DNA of 64,000 nucleotides, taken from the NCBI GenBank assembly GCA_031835245.2, contig JAVKOQ020000022.1, positions 124,001-188,000 of the forward strand, read 5' to 3'. Source of the stretch: Balamuthia mandrillaris (taxonomy: Eukaryota). The notes under the pieces were generated by a model. That model was not told the origin of the DNA and made no database searches. It worked only from the letters and a program-made list of their open reading frames with translations. Below are positions 1-11,619 of this stretch, in pieces (positions within the stretch are counted from its first letter, which is position 1; each line of letters starts with the position of its first letter). Position numbers and translations under genes: made by a program.

Positions 1-3000
1 CGCGATGAGCGTTTCATCAAACTTGACGCCAAGTTGAATGAGATCAGATAAAGAGAGGTGGGCAGTGCCTTGCATGACAACCCAAAGCTTTCTGCCTTGA
101 ATAAACGCATCCAAAAACTGAACAATGTTCTCGTGCCTCATCTCTTTCATCAGGCGGATGCCGCTTGATATCTCATGAAGATTGGTCGCATCGAGATCGA
201 GCTTCCGAATGCTCACCTGCGTAGAAACAATACTGGAGTATAAGATACGGTCTGGGAAAGATGAAGTCTTTGACAAAGATAGAAGACAGCAGAAGCTCAA
301 TGAAGAAAGAAAGAAAGGAAGAGGAGAAGAAGAAATACCGGATCGCCGGTTATCGAGTTGGTGGCAGAGAACAGGTTGTGTTCAGCACTGTTGGTTTGTT
401 TGACGATATCTTTATACAAGGCGTGTGGATCCTCTTTGTTTATCAACACGTCTACTCGTCGAAGAGCAATAACAAAGAAACAAAAGTGAGCAAACATAAC
501 AAAAAACAAAACAAAGACAAAAACAACTTACCGAATTTTACAAACTGTTTGTCAGCAGGAAAAGAAATGGTGACTTCTCCTCTGTCTGTTGCTACAATGC
601 CTTCTCCTTCCCCTCCTTCAGAGGAAGAAGACGTGGAAGAAGAGGGAGAAGAAAGAGGGAATGGATGTCTTCTCTCAAACGAGGTAGAGAGCTGGACTCT
701 GCTTGGAGTGGAGGAAGTCTCCGTTGTTGGTAATGGGGAACCGGAAAGCTGCCTACTGTGACGCTGTTGAAACTGCAGCACATCCAGCACAGCGTCCGGC
801 TCTTCCAACGCTTCATCTTTGCTGATTGTGCCCTTTAGCATCAGCTCCCATTCGCTTGGCATTCCCTGTTCATTATCGCCGATAGATAGAACAACAGGAA
901 ATAACAAGAATAATGAAAGAATGCATGAGAAAGAAGGAAAGACAGTAGAAAGACAAGCTAAATGGAGAAAAGGAGAAACGGGAAAGGGGATGAAACCCTG
1001 AATCCAGAGGCAGCATTAAAGTCGGCATGAATAAGATGGCGGACATTGAGAGGCATGCTGACACTGAATCTTCGGCTGCTGGATTCTGCATCTTTCTTGT
1101 CATGAGTACAGCGGAAGGTGCTGTCATCCTGCGTGGTGCGAGTTTCATGAAATCTCGCTTTCAACTCTTCCTTTTTCTCCTCCTCTTCTTCTTCCTTTTC
1201 TTTCCCTGCATTGAAATACGAGTCGAGGAAGGCAGAGGGATGTGGGATGTGAGCTGTGAGAAAGAAAAAGAGGAGAAGTGAAACAGAGATGAATAACTTA
1301 CTTCCTTTGAATCCCCTGAACAGCTTATTGGAGAGAGTTTTGCTGAGGGATCTTCTCTTTTCTCGTTTAAGTTTGGTGAGTGCCGGCATGCTGGGTGCGT
1401 CCTGGCCCGGTTGATCCGCGAGCTTGTTTGCTGTCGAGGAGGAGCTCAATGAACGTGGCAGTCGTTCTTCTTCCTCCATTCCCTCTTCTGCTTCTTCGTC
1501 GTCGTCATCATCTTGTTTCATAGCATCTATTATCTCTTCCTTTCTAGTTTTCTTTTCATTGTGGGTTTTACGCGTCACTTTGTCAGTTGTTGTCTCTTTT
1601 TCACGCTTGTGTGTTTCTCCTTCTTCTTGCTCTTCTTCCGATTCCTCTTGTTCGTGTCGTTGCATTAGCAATAATACTACATCCATATGGCCAAGTCTTT
1701 CTGCTATTTGTAGAGCTATCTCACCGTTACAATCCCGCCTATAACATATGCTCTTTTTTTTTGAAGTGTTTTGTAGGTTAGTATATCCATCTTCTCTTTT
1801 CCGTCCTATCTCTCTTCTTTTCTCTTTCTCTCCTTGGTGTTCTTACCTCATCGCGTTTTGCTGCCACGTCGAATTGGAGAAGCGCACGAACAATATCCTC
1901 TCTTCCTTGAAAGGCGGCAAAGTGAAGAGGCAAACATCCAAATGAATCACTGGTGGCAACCAGTCGAATAGCCTCTTTCGTTTCCAACCGTTGAAGAAGC
2001 GCATCTATGGCTCGCTCGTAGCCAAGAATGCAAAATAGATGGAGAAGAGTTCGATGTTCATCCGTACGTCTGCGACAGAGCGATGGTAATAAAGTGGGGG
2101 AAGTGTTCAGCAAACGAAGCACCATGTCTTGAGATAAGACCAAGTCCTGCAATTGTGTAAAGGCGATCTTTCTCTTTTTGCTTTCATTGCTTCTTCCTTC
2201 GTTGTTGCTGCCACTGTTACCACTGCCGCCTCCGTTATAATCCTTTCGATCATGATAATTGTTGTCGTTATCTCTCCCTCCGCTTTGGTCTCGTTCGTCA
2301 TCCTTTTTTAGCAACTGAAGAACTTGCCTGCTCAACTTAAGATCTATTATTTGTTTTTGTAAGATTCTGAACGAGAGAGAGAGAGAGAGAGAGAGAGAAC
2401 AAACCAGGATAATATGTGAAGTATTGAGGATTTGGAAAGAAGGAGCGAGAGATAGTACTGAGTCCAATCCGTACTACGCTTGTATACGGCTGCATCAGCA
2501 CAAACTCTTCTGTCAACTTTGTTGGAGGCAATGAGGAACGTTAATAACAAGAGAGAAAGAGAGCGAATGCAAGAAAAGAGAACAGAAAGGTAAAGGCGAA
2601 CGAGAATGAAGAAACGGCCATCCCATACTACCTTTCCAAGTTCAACATCGTTCCAGGCCTTGCGCTCCAAATCGTGAATGATCTGCAGCAGGGAGGGCAC
2701 TTTGCATGCTCTATAGAACCGTGCGGCTTCCTCCGACCCTTCGTTTGCCAGTTCTTCCGCTGTTGTATCATCAAATGTAATACGAAGGGCTCGAGGAAAA
2801 TTCTCTCCTATAAAGAGGTAAGAAAAGAGAGCAATGGAAGTAAGAAATAAAATACACGAACAGAAAAGAAAGCTGAAGAAGAGAAAGCAACCCAATAGCC
2901 AAACTATTTCTGATCCAGCTTCAATGCGTTCCATGTCACGGCTAAGCTTTGGAGAGATAGAACGAAGCATCGTAGATGGTGCTTCTGGAGGCGATGATGT

Positions 3001-4617
3001 CGCTGATGCAGCCACAGCAGACGACGAAGGGAGAAACGATGTTGAAGAGAAAGAAGATGTCAAGAGGCTTAGTTCGTTGGGTGAAGATGGGGAAGAAAGA
3101 TTCGGTGCAATCATCATGGCGGATGAAGAAGAAGAAACAGGAGATGGGGCGCTGGAAGGAAACGGGGAAGGAGAAGAAGGTATGAACAAAGGAGAAACTG
3201 GAGAGGAAGACGAAGGAGACGAAGATGGAAGATAGGAAGCAGAGTAAGGTGATGCAGAGAAAGCTGGAACAGGTTGAAGCCGGTATATACAGTGTTGTAT
3301 CGAAGTTGTTGCTGAAGCTGTGGTCGCAGTTGTTCTCTTCTTTTTAGGTGCATTGACTCCACCTTTGAACACCAACTCGACGTTAGCGGACTCTGCGAGA
3401 ATGAGTGGCGGCGGCTCCGCCTCCGAAGGAGGAGAGGCCAGAATCAATGCTTTGAGCTCTAATCTTGCATAGGTCTTGTTGGTGGCGCCTCGTGGTCTCT
3501 TCTTGAACCTTACTTTAAGCACACATTGGCAGAAGGTGCTCCCGTTGTGTGTCTTATGTAAACAGTTTTCTTGTTGGAGTACCTTTTATTTGCCCAAAGG
3601 AGGCAGAGAGAGAGTAAGAGTGAGCGAGAGAGCGAGAAACAAATAAGCCATAATAGATAAGAGAGAGATGCACAATAAGATACTAAAAAGAAAGATAAAA
3701 AAGAAACATCGAGAACTGGTACAAAACAAAAGACAGGAGAAAGAAATAAACCTCAATCATTTCATCATAGGAACGCTGCAAAGGGACGGGCTGCTGCTTC
3801 GACCGAGCGGAGAATTGCAATGTGAGAAACAGCCGTTCACTTCCGCTTCCATTACTTTCATGAGAAGTGTTGACATGTTGGCGACGAAGGGGCATGGCGG
3901 CAGGAGAAGTGGGAGGCACGTAGGTCACTTTGTGGAAGGAACGAAGCAAGCGACCTGCCCTCTCGTCCGTTGGCTCTATTTGAAGCGTATACCATTTTTT
4001 TCTCTGTTGTTTTTGACACATCAGTGACCAAAAATCCTGACTGTAGAAGAAGCAAGAAGCAAGAAGGAAGGAAGAGGAAGGAAGAAGCAAGAAGCAAGAA
4101 GCAAGAGCAGAAGAGCACAAAGAAGAAAGAAGAGAACGAAACAAGAAAGAAGAAAGAACGTTACGTCGATGCGGATTTCTTCTGGAACTTTGAGGGAGAG
4201 GTGTCCCGCGTGAAGAAGAGCGCTAACGCTGTGGTTGTGGCTGTGGTTGTCGGTGCTCCCATTTTGCAGAGCTGCGGGCAAAGCAGGAGGCGTAACAGGC
4301 AAAGCGAACGCAGCAGAACAAGAAGAAGGGGGTGCAGGTTCTAGTGAGAGAAGCCCAACAAGAGGGTTGGTTGGTTGTTGTTGTGGTGGTGAAAGAGGAG
4401 AAGCATCGAGTTGAAGCAGACTGGTCCAACAGCAAGAAGGACTGTCCTCGCTTCCGATACGGTCATTGTCTGCCTCCCCCAATTGCTGTTCCAACATCTC
4501 CAAGGTAAGGCAGTCGATGTGCTCCTGTAGCGAGGCCTCATCTTCGTCGCTGTATGCCAGCGCAACCCCAGCATGGCTGCAGCCCTCATCCGAGGCGGAC
4601 AAGGTCGTCGACTGCAT
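1..4617 (-). CDS. Multidomain protein: putative Ig-fold DNA-binding domain + NLS + IPT/TIG + ankyrin repeats + CRIB/PBD + PAK-like pseudokinase (3' end runs off the window)
   Basis: About 11 exons joined by phase-compatible GT-AG introns. IPT-like LRSISPK...VWLLGENFP...PQYFTYYP; ankyrins RTLLHLFCILG, GCLPLHFAAFQGREDIVRALL, GEIALQIAERLGHMDVVLLLM; CRIB SMPLNVRHLIHADF...GMPSEWELML...AVLDVLQF; kinase N-lobe EDPHALY...VSIRK...HENIVQFLDAF...KLWVVMQ. Confidence 0.8.
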
Positions 4618-4871
4618 TCTTCTCCATTCCCCTTTTTTCTTCTTATTGTTTATTTTTTTTTTTATCATAGCTGCCGGCAATCGGTTGCCAAATCTATAAA
4701 AGGAAAATTAGGAAATTCATTTGATTAAAAATTGCCATAAAAAGCAATCGGTCGCGAAAAGAATTTTTGTAGACTAAGTGATTGGCGTCAAATTGAGCGG
4801 AAGTTGTGGTCCAGACAAAATAACCGCAAAAAAAAACAGAACAGAAGAAGAAGATTTGGAGTTAAAACAAA

Positions 4872-6205
4872 ATGGGTAACGAGCTCTCTGGCGGATATAA
4901 CCTCAACGAAAAGGACTTGGCAGACTTTAAAGAGCTCTCCAAGTGTACGTTTTTGTTTTGCATATGGGAAAAGAGAGAGAGAAAATGAAAACGTGCATTA
5001 ATATTTTCGTTTTTGTGCCTGCTACTTTCTTTCATCTTTGTTGTTGTGGGGGTGGTGTGTTTTTTGATATCTTTTTTTTTTATTTTTGTTGCTTACTTTT
5101 ACTTTTCTCTTTCTTTTCTCTCTTTTTTATTTAAACAAAACCAGTCTCGGAAGAAGAGCTCAAGAAATTGCATAGGCGTTTTGTGAAGTTGGACAAAGAC
5201 GGTTCTGGCACACTTACCGCCGACGAGGTTCGCTTGCCCCCAAAAAACAAAAACCTTTTTTTTTGATCATCCTTTTCCCTCTTTCTTCATGTTCCGTAAC
5301 CTTCTCTTTTTTCTCTCTCTTTCCGTTTTCCCTATCGGTCCACCAGTTTCTTTCCATCCCAGAGTTAGCCGTGAACCCATTGCTGGAGCGAATCATTGAC
5401 ATTTTCGACACCAACAAAGACGAGGAGATTGAGTTCAGCGAGTTTGTCGGTGCTCTTGCCACCTTTGCAGACAAAGACAACCTCGAGGGAAAGCTCCGTT
5501 TTGCATTCCAGGTTTCCTCTCCGCTCTTCTCTTATTGCTTTCGTCATTGTTATTCTTTCTCTTCTTCGCTTCTTAACTTGCTTTCTTTTCATGTTTCTTC
5601 TCCTATCTGCCTTTTTCTCTTATCTTTTCTCCTCTTTTCTTTTTCTTCTCTCTCTCTCTCTCTTTCTTGTTTTCTTCTCTCTCTCTCCTCTTTTCTTTTT
5701 CTTCTCTCTCTCTTTCTTGTTTTCTTCTCTCTCTCCTCTTTTCTTTTTCTTCTCTCTCTCTTTCTTGTTTTCTTCTCTCTCTCTTGTTTTCTTTTCTCTC
5801 TCTCTCTCTCTTTCTTCTTTTCTTCTCTCTCCGCTGTTTTATTGAAAGCGATAGAAAGCATTAACCTTTGTTTTTTCCCGTTTCGTCAGGTGTATGATAT
5901 AGATAACGATGGCTTTATCTCCAACGGCGAACTGTTCCAGGTCCTCAAAATGATGGTTGGCAGCAACCTTGATGACGTGCAACTGGTTCGTCTCTTCCTT
6001 TTCTAACCCTCTCCGAAAGTACGATTAGGGTTTTACTCACATTTTTTACACAACAAAAAACAAATGCATGCAGCAAAACATAGTGGACAAGACAATCATC
6101 GAGGCAGACCTGGATGGAGATGGCAAGATCTCCTACGACGAGTTTGTAAAGATGATCACCAACACAGAAGAGCTGGGCGCCAAGCTCACCATCAACCTCA
6201 TGTAA
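4872..6205 (+). CDS. CNB1: Calcineurin B regulatory subunit (4 EF-hands), 5 exons
   Basis: MGN start (myristoylation); [86 protein letters not shown]. Confidence 0.95.
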
Positions 6206-6488
6206 AGAGCCATTCCCTCTTCCTCCCTCTCCTCCGTTTTGCGCCGCCTTTCTGTTATCTGCATAAGAGAATAAAAAATCACTCTTGTTGCACAAGCACT
6301 AGCATAACCATAAAACCAAAGAGAACAGAGTGAGAGAGAAGGTACACTCTGGAAGGCGTGAGAGAAGTGCAAGAGCGAAGAGAGAAAAGAAAAACAATAT
6401 ATGAAAGGTACCCCCAACATTCGTTCGTTGTTATTGTTGAAAAAGATAAAGAATAGAGCAGCAAGTTACAAAAATAGTTTTTGTTTGT

Positions 6489-7229
6489 TTACTTGCCCAT
6501 CTTCAACTTCTCCTTCTCGGCGGCAGCCTCAGCCCTCTTCTTCCTCTTGCCGACGAGGCGAGCGTCAGCGCGAGCCCTCCTCAACGTGGTGTAGGCGCTG
6601 CCCTTCTTCTCATCTTCACCGATCACGCGAGCCTCAGCCCTCACGCTCTTAGACTTGATGGGCAAGAGACGACCAGTGTGTTGAACGGCCTGAGCAACCT
6701 CCTCAGCGCTAGCATCACCAGCCTTGGGCTTACCAGCCTTCCTGGGGAAGAGGATGAGGCTGGCCTTGTACTGCTTCAGGCGCTGCACGTTGGCCTGAAG
6801 GGACTCTTCGGACTTGTTCTTCCTGCGGCGGTCCACAGCAATACCAATGGAGCGGGCCTGTTGTTTGAGGATTCCGGCAGCCTGAAAGAGTGACGAACAA
6901 AAATAAAGTTAAAAATCCTGTTTTAAAGGTACACTGTGCACAGGGAAAAAAAGGGTAACGGGATGAAATGTGAGGTAAATGCAAACCTTGAGCTCTTCGA
7001 GAGTGAAACCCCTTCCCTCCCTGGCCCTCATGTTGTACTTGACAGTGGGGCAGTGCACGGAGGGTCTCAACAAACCGCTGACGGGTCTGGGGAAGATGCG
7101 GGCAGCTTTGGCAGCGCGGGCCAATCTTCGGCTCTTCTTCTTGGCAGGCTGGTTGAACCAGGTGCGAACATAGCTCTGCCAGTCCTTGTGGAAGTGCCCG
7201 TTAGGCACCATGTTGTTGTGCTTCGGCAT
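6489..7229 (-). CDS. RPL13: 60S ribosomal protein eL13, 2 coding exons
   Basis: [18 protein letters not shown]...VRTWFNQP...[33 protein letters not shown]. Confidence 0.97.
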
Positions 7230-7671
7230 GTCGGATTAATCTGTGTTGCGCTCGGGGCTGCTGGGGGTCTGGTGCCGCGTCTGTTTCAAGTCTTAGATCA
7301 GCAACTTACTCCTTCGGGTTAACTTGACCCTAAAACAAGTGGGGCAGCACGACGTACCTTGGGTGAGCTAAAGAAAATGGGAAAGAAAAAAAAATGGGAG
7401 CAGAAAGAGGGAAGGATGAGGATACGAGGGAGCGCCTCTTTTGGCTTTCTGTCGACAAATTGAACCGTGGGTTCCGCCCCGTTTTCGCAATCTCCGTCGA
7501 ATTTTTCCTGGTGTTGTGAGGGGTCATCACTGCAATAATGGCCTAGAAACGCAAAAGAAAGACTTTCTTCTTTTTTTCTCTGGTTGGAAGCGCCACAATA
7601 AAAAAATTATAGAAAAAAGAAGAGAGAGACTCTTTTTTTTTTCCCTCCATAGACAAAAACTAAACAGAAGA

Positions 7672-8952
7672 ATGAGCTCTCTGCCGACAAACAGGTCCTG
7701 TTGGGGTAGCCTCGAGGCCTCTCGCCAGGAACGGAAGAAAAACAAAAAACAGCAACTGCAAAAAGGAGGGCAGCTGGCCCCGTTCTTGATCGGAGTTGCC
7801 GGCGGGACGGCCTCGGGCAAGACCTCTGTCTGCGAGATCATCATCTCCTCCTTGAAGAACCACCGCGTGGTCGTCATCTCCTTGGACTCCTTTTACAGGC
7901 CGCTTACCCCTGAGGAGAAAGCCAACGTCTCTGAGTTCAATTTTGATCATCCCGGTATACTTCCTCTTCTCCCTCGCTTTTCTCTCTCTCTCTCTCTCTC
8001 TCTCTGTAAAGAAATCTGACGGTGAAGAACATACAAGATGCGTTTGATTGGGAGTTGTTGCTGAAAACGGTGCAGCAGCTGCGGACCTCTCGCAAGCGGG
8101 TCGAAATTCCGGTCTATGACTTTGTGACGCACTCTAGGTTATTATTTCCTCTCTCTCTTTTCTTTGCTCTCTCTTTTTGCTGAAGTGCGGAGAGCGCGAG
8201 AGAAGAGGGAGAAAGGAAGTAACCCATGCTTTTGTTGTTTGATCTTTCTCAGGCTGGAACAAACACAACCGCTGTATGGAGCAGATGTTATCCTGTTGGA
8301 AGGTATTTTGGTGTTTTATTCAGAGGAGTTGCGAAAGGTACTCTTTCTCGCTTGTTTCTTAAAAGCCCAACATAAGCTAAGCCAATGCTGCTGTCGCAGA
8401 TGTTTGATATGAAAGTATTTGTAGATACGGATGCTGATACACGGTTGGCTCGCAGAGGTATACCTCTTCGCTCTCACTCCTTTTTCTTCTCCTCTTACGA
8501 TAGGTCGCTATGATGTATTACATCAAAAATGTCTTTAACCTAGTCAGACCAATCGGTTGACGATAACTTAAGATGCTGAGACCTTCTTTTTTTTTCTTTA
8601 TCATTCTCTCTCTCTCCCTCTCTCTCTCTCCTCTCTCTCTCTTACTCACCTTTTGCTATCCTTCAGTGGTAAGAGATATCAATCAACGAGGCAGAGACGT
8701 CATGTCTGTTCTCCATCAATACGAAAAGTTTGTGAAGCCCTCCTTCGAGGAGTATTTACTGCCAACAAAGAAGTTTGCGGACGTGATCATTCCTCGTGGA
8801 GCTGACAACGTCGTCGCCATTGACCTCATAGTAGAACACATTCGAGCTAGGGTATGTTATCTTTCTTTCTCCCAGCTTCTATTTCTCTATTTTTGACAAA
8901 AAAAAACCATGTTAAGTTGGATGAACGAGCTCCAACACGGGTTCTTCTGTGA
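7672..8952 (+). CDS. UCK: Uridine-cytidine kinase
   Basis: [18 protein letters not shown]-loop, [45 protein letters not shown] across about 7 exons. Confidence 0.93.
8502..8584 (+). ncRNA. Probable intronic box C/D snoRNA in the uridine kinase gene
   Basis: Terminal stem AGGTC(8502-8506)/GACCT(8580-8584); C box ATGATGT 8510-8516; D box CTGA 8576-8579; D'-like CAGA 8545 and C'-like TGACGA 8558; high-complexity island within an otherwise CT-rich intron. Confidence 0.75.
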
Positions 8953-9187
8953 TACGCGTATCACGACCAAGCTGCTGCAGAGGAAATAAAAGAGAGCGAG
9001 GAATTCTTTATTTTCCTCAAAGTTTTTCCTCCTTGTATACATTAACAAGGCCACACACGTTTTGTTCTTTATTCTTATTTATTACTTTTATGTTTGCCTT
9101 TTTCTGCTAACAAAAATACTTACAAACCAGCTGATTGCTTCCTTCCTCACATACATCCTGTTCTTCTGTGTTCTTCTCTCTTTTCTC

Positions 9188-10920
9188 TTACTCTTCCCTC
9201 CCATCTTCTGTCCTCTGCTGCTTCTCTCCTTGTTTTACAGGCTGCCTCCACTCCATCTCCAGCAACAAGACCACTAACTCCTCGTTGCCACGCGTACGAG
9301 CCACTCCCTTGGGAGCCTGCCCCGCCCTATTCCTTGCCTTCAAATCAGCCCTCGCTCCCTGTGGCCCTCCTACCAACATCATGCAAGCTTCCATCGCATT
9401 GCCGCTCAAGCTGCTGGCGGCCGCATGTAGCGGCGTGTTTCCTTCCGCATCTTCTACCGCTGTGCTCGCTCCGGCCTTCAACAACAAATCCATGCACTCC
9501 AGGGAACCGGCCGCCGCTGCCTTGTGCAACGCCGTCATCCCTTGATGGTTGGGCAAATCCACCTGGGCGTGTTGATCCAAAAGAATGGCGCAGCACTCGG
9601 GAAAGTCATCCGGCTCCACGCAGCGATGCAATGGCGTGTTGCCACGACTGTGATCGACAGCGTTAACCTCTGCCCCGGCATCTACGAGCAGCTGGCAGCA
9701 TCCTGAGTGGCCCTCGCCGGAGGCGGAGTGGAGTGGCGTGTTGCCGTTCTCGTCGGTGGCGTTGGGAGAGGCACCTTTGGATAGGAGTAGACGAAGCACT
9801 TCCTCGGAGCCGTTGGCCGCCGCAATGTGAAGCAGCGTCTCACCAAAAGTCTCCTCCTTCCGTGACAATAGTTGAGATAGCAGTTGTGCCCCTCCATTTT
9901 CGTCATCATCATCTTCTACTCCTTCGTTTTCTTCCTCTTCTTCTTTAGCTTCTGCGTCGTCCAAGTCCTCAACAAGTTGTCTTTCTTCTTCTTCTGTTTC
10001 AGCTTCTTCGTCATCACTGTCGCTGGTTGGGGCGACTATCTTTGCTCTAAACATCACTGCACCATCCTCAGCTGTTTCCGTTGGCTCCGCCTCTTCTTCT
10101 TCCGCCTCTCCTTCGCCCAATTCCTTTTCATCTCTGCTCGTCTCCTTCTGTCTCTTCTTTCTCCTATCTTTCTGCTTCCTTCTGCTCGTCTCGTTGTCAT
10201 TCTTCTTCTCTGCAGTAATTTTGAATGAACTCTCTGCCGCTTGCAGCAGCTCTCCCACTCTCTCCACGTTGTTTTCTCTTACCGCTCCACACAACTCTCT
10301 AAACAGCTCCTCTTCTTCTCCTTTTGCCTCTTCCGATTCTTCCCTCTGCTCTTCTCTTCTCGCAAACTGTCTTTCTCGTTCCCTCTTTCTTCTCATCTTC
10401 TCTCGTCGCTCTCTTCGATCTTGCTCCCTTCTCTTCCGCGCTGCCTCTTCTTCCTCTTCGAGATCTCCTTCCTTCCTCTTCTCCAACTTTCTGCGACGTT
10501 GCAGCCTAACGAATGATTCGCTTCTCGTTAGAATCATTGGGCTTCGAGGCACCAGATAGGGTTTCAGAGGAGAAGAAACAGGCACCACGAATTGTCGTGG
10601 ATAGCTAAGTGCTGTTGCGGGAACAGCTGAAACACTGACGTTGGTCACCATTGCATCTTCATCTTCATCTAGTCCCAGAGCGATTAGTATATTAAAGAAA
10701 AAAAAAAAAGAAAAAAGTAGGACGAACCGAGAAGAGTATTTTTCACAACGTTAGCGACCCTTTGTTCGGCGGCTCGTTTGCGCGCCTGATAAGACTGCAC
10801 GTTGCCAAGCGTGCCGATGGATAGGCCCGTTGTATCCGGAAGCGCAGATAAGTTGCGTATCCACGCTGTCACAAGTGCGAGACATCCCAACAACAACAAT
10901 ACCAGAAACTCTTCCAACAT
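9188..10920 (-). CDS. Ankyrin-repeat protein with an N-terminal hydrophobic anchor and an acidic/coiled-coil middle
   Basis: MLEEFLVLLLLGCLALVTAW; one intron at ~10673-10727; 5-6 ankyrin repeats (GETLLHIAA, GNTPLHSAS, GNTPLHRC, GMTALHKAA, GNTPLHAAA). Confidence 0.88.
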
Positions 10921-11003
10921 TTCTAGAGCAACTGAGCGCACTTAACAGCCAAAAAAATGCGTCAGATAAAAAGGGTTAACACTAACCCTCCGGAACTGGA
11001 ATG

Positions 11004-11047
<44 letters not shown>

Positions 11048-11148
11048 CCTCCCTCCTCTCTTATTTCTCCTCACTTTTTGTTAAACGAAACGGCGCAGTT
11101 TTCCTTTTATACATTTATTGGCGACAATTCGTGTCGCCATGAAAGGAT

Positions 11149-11523
11149 TTACAAAACAAAAGCACGCCCAAGCCACGCGTAAGAGGGAGAAGCAGCGCCG
11201 TCGTCGCCTCCATCCGCCTCCAGGCCGTCCACCGTTCCAAAGGAACACGCCTCTCCGCACTCGTTGTCGGCGCAGATCTCAACCACCTCGGTAGTAGGAT
11301 CGCAGATCTCCTCCTCCGAGAGCTCGCTCACGCAGGCGGTGAAGCCCATGAAGCAGCCGCAAACGCTCTCCTCATCCGCCTCGCCGAGGCACGTGTCCAG
11401 CGAGGAGAGGCACTCCTGGCAAACATCGGAAAAGGAGGATTCCTCCTCTTGAGCGCTCGCTGTCAGGAATGCCACAAAGAGCAGTCCCAGCACCAACATC
11501 AGCATTCTTTTAGTAACCATCAT
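11149..11523 (-). CDS. Small secreted acidic cysteine-rich protein (10 Cys)
   Basis: Signal-peptide-like MLMLVLGLLFVAFLTASA; intronless; TATA-like element ~90 bp upstream. Confidence 0.75.
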   Translation of the reverse strand: MMVTKRMLMLVLGLLFVAFLTASAQEEESSFSDVCQECLSSLDTCLGEADEESVCGCFMGFTACVSELSEEEICDPTTEVVEICADNECGEACSFGTVDGLEADGGDDGAASPSYAWLGRAFVL

Positions 11524-11610
11524 CTTTCAAGTGCTTCTCTGTCGTTTAGTTGTTTGTTGGTTTGTTTCTGTTGTGTACAAAAAAAAGCCGGAGTACTAAA
11601 CAGCTTCCAG

Positions 11611-11619
11611 TTATTTATA
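11611..11619 (-). promoter_or_regulatory. TATA-box-like element upstream of the Cys-rich secreted gene
   Basis: Minus strand reads TATAAATAA about 90 bp upstream of the ATG. Confidence 0.5.
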
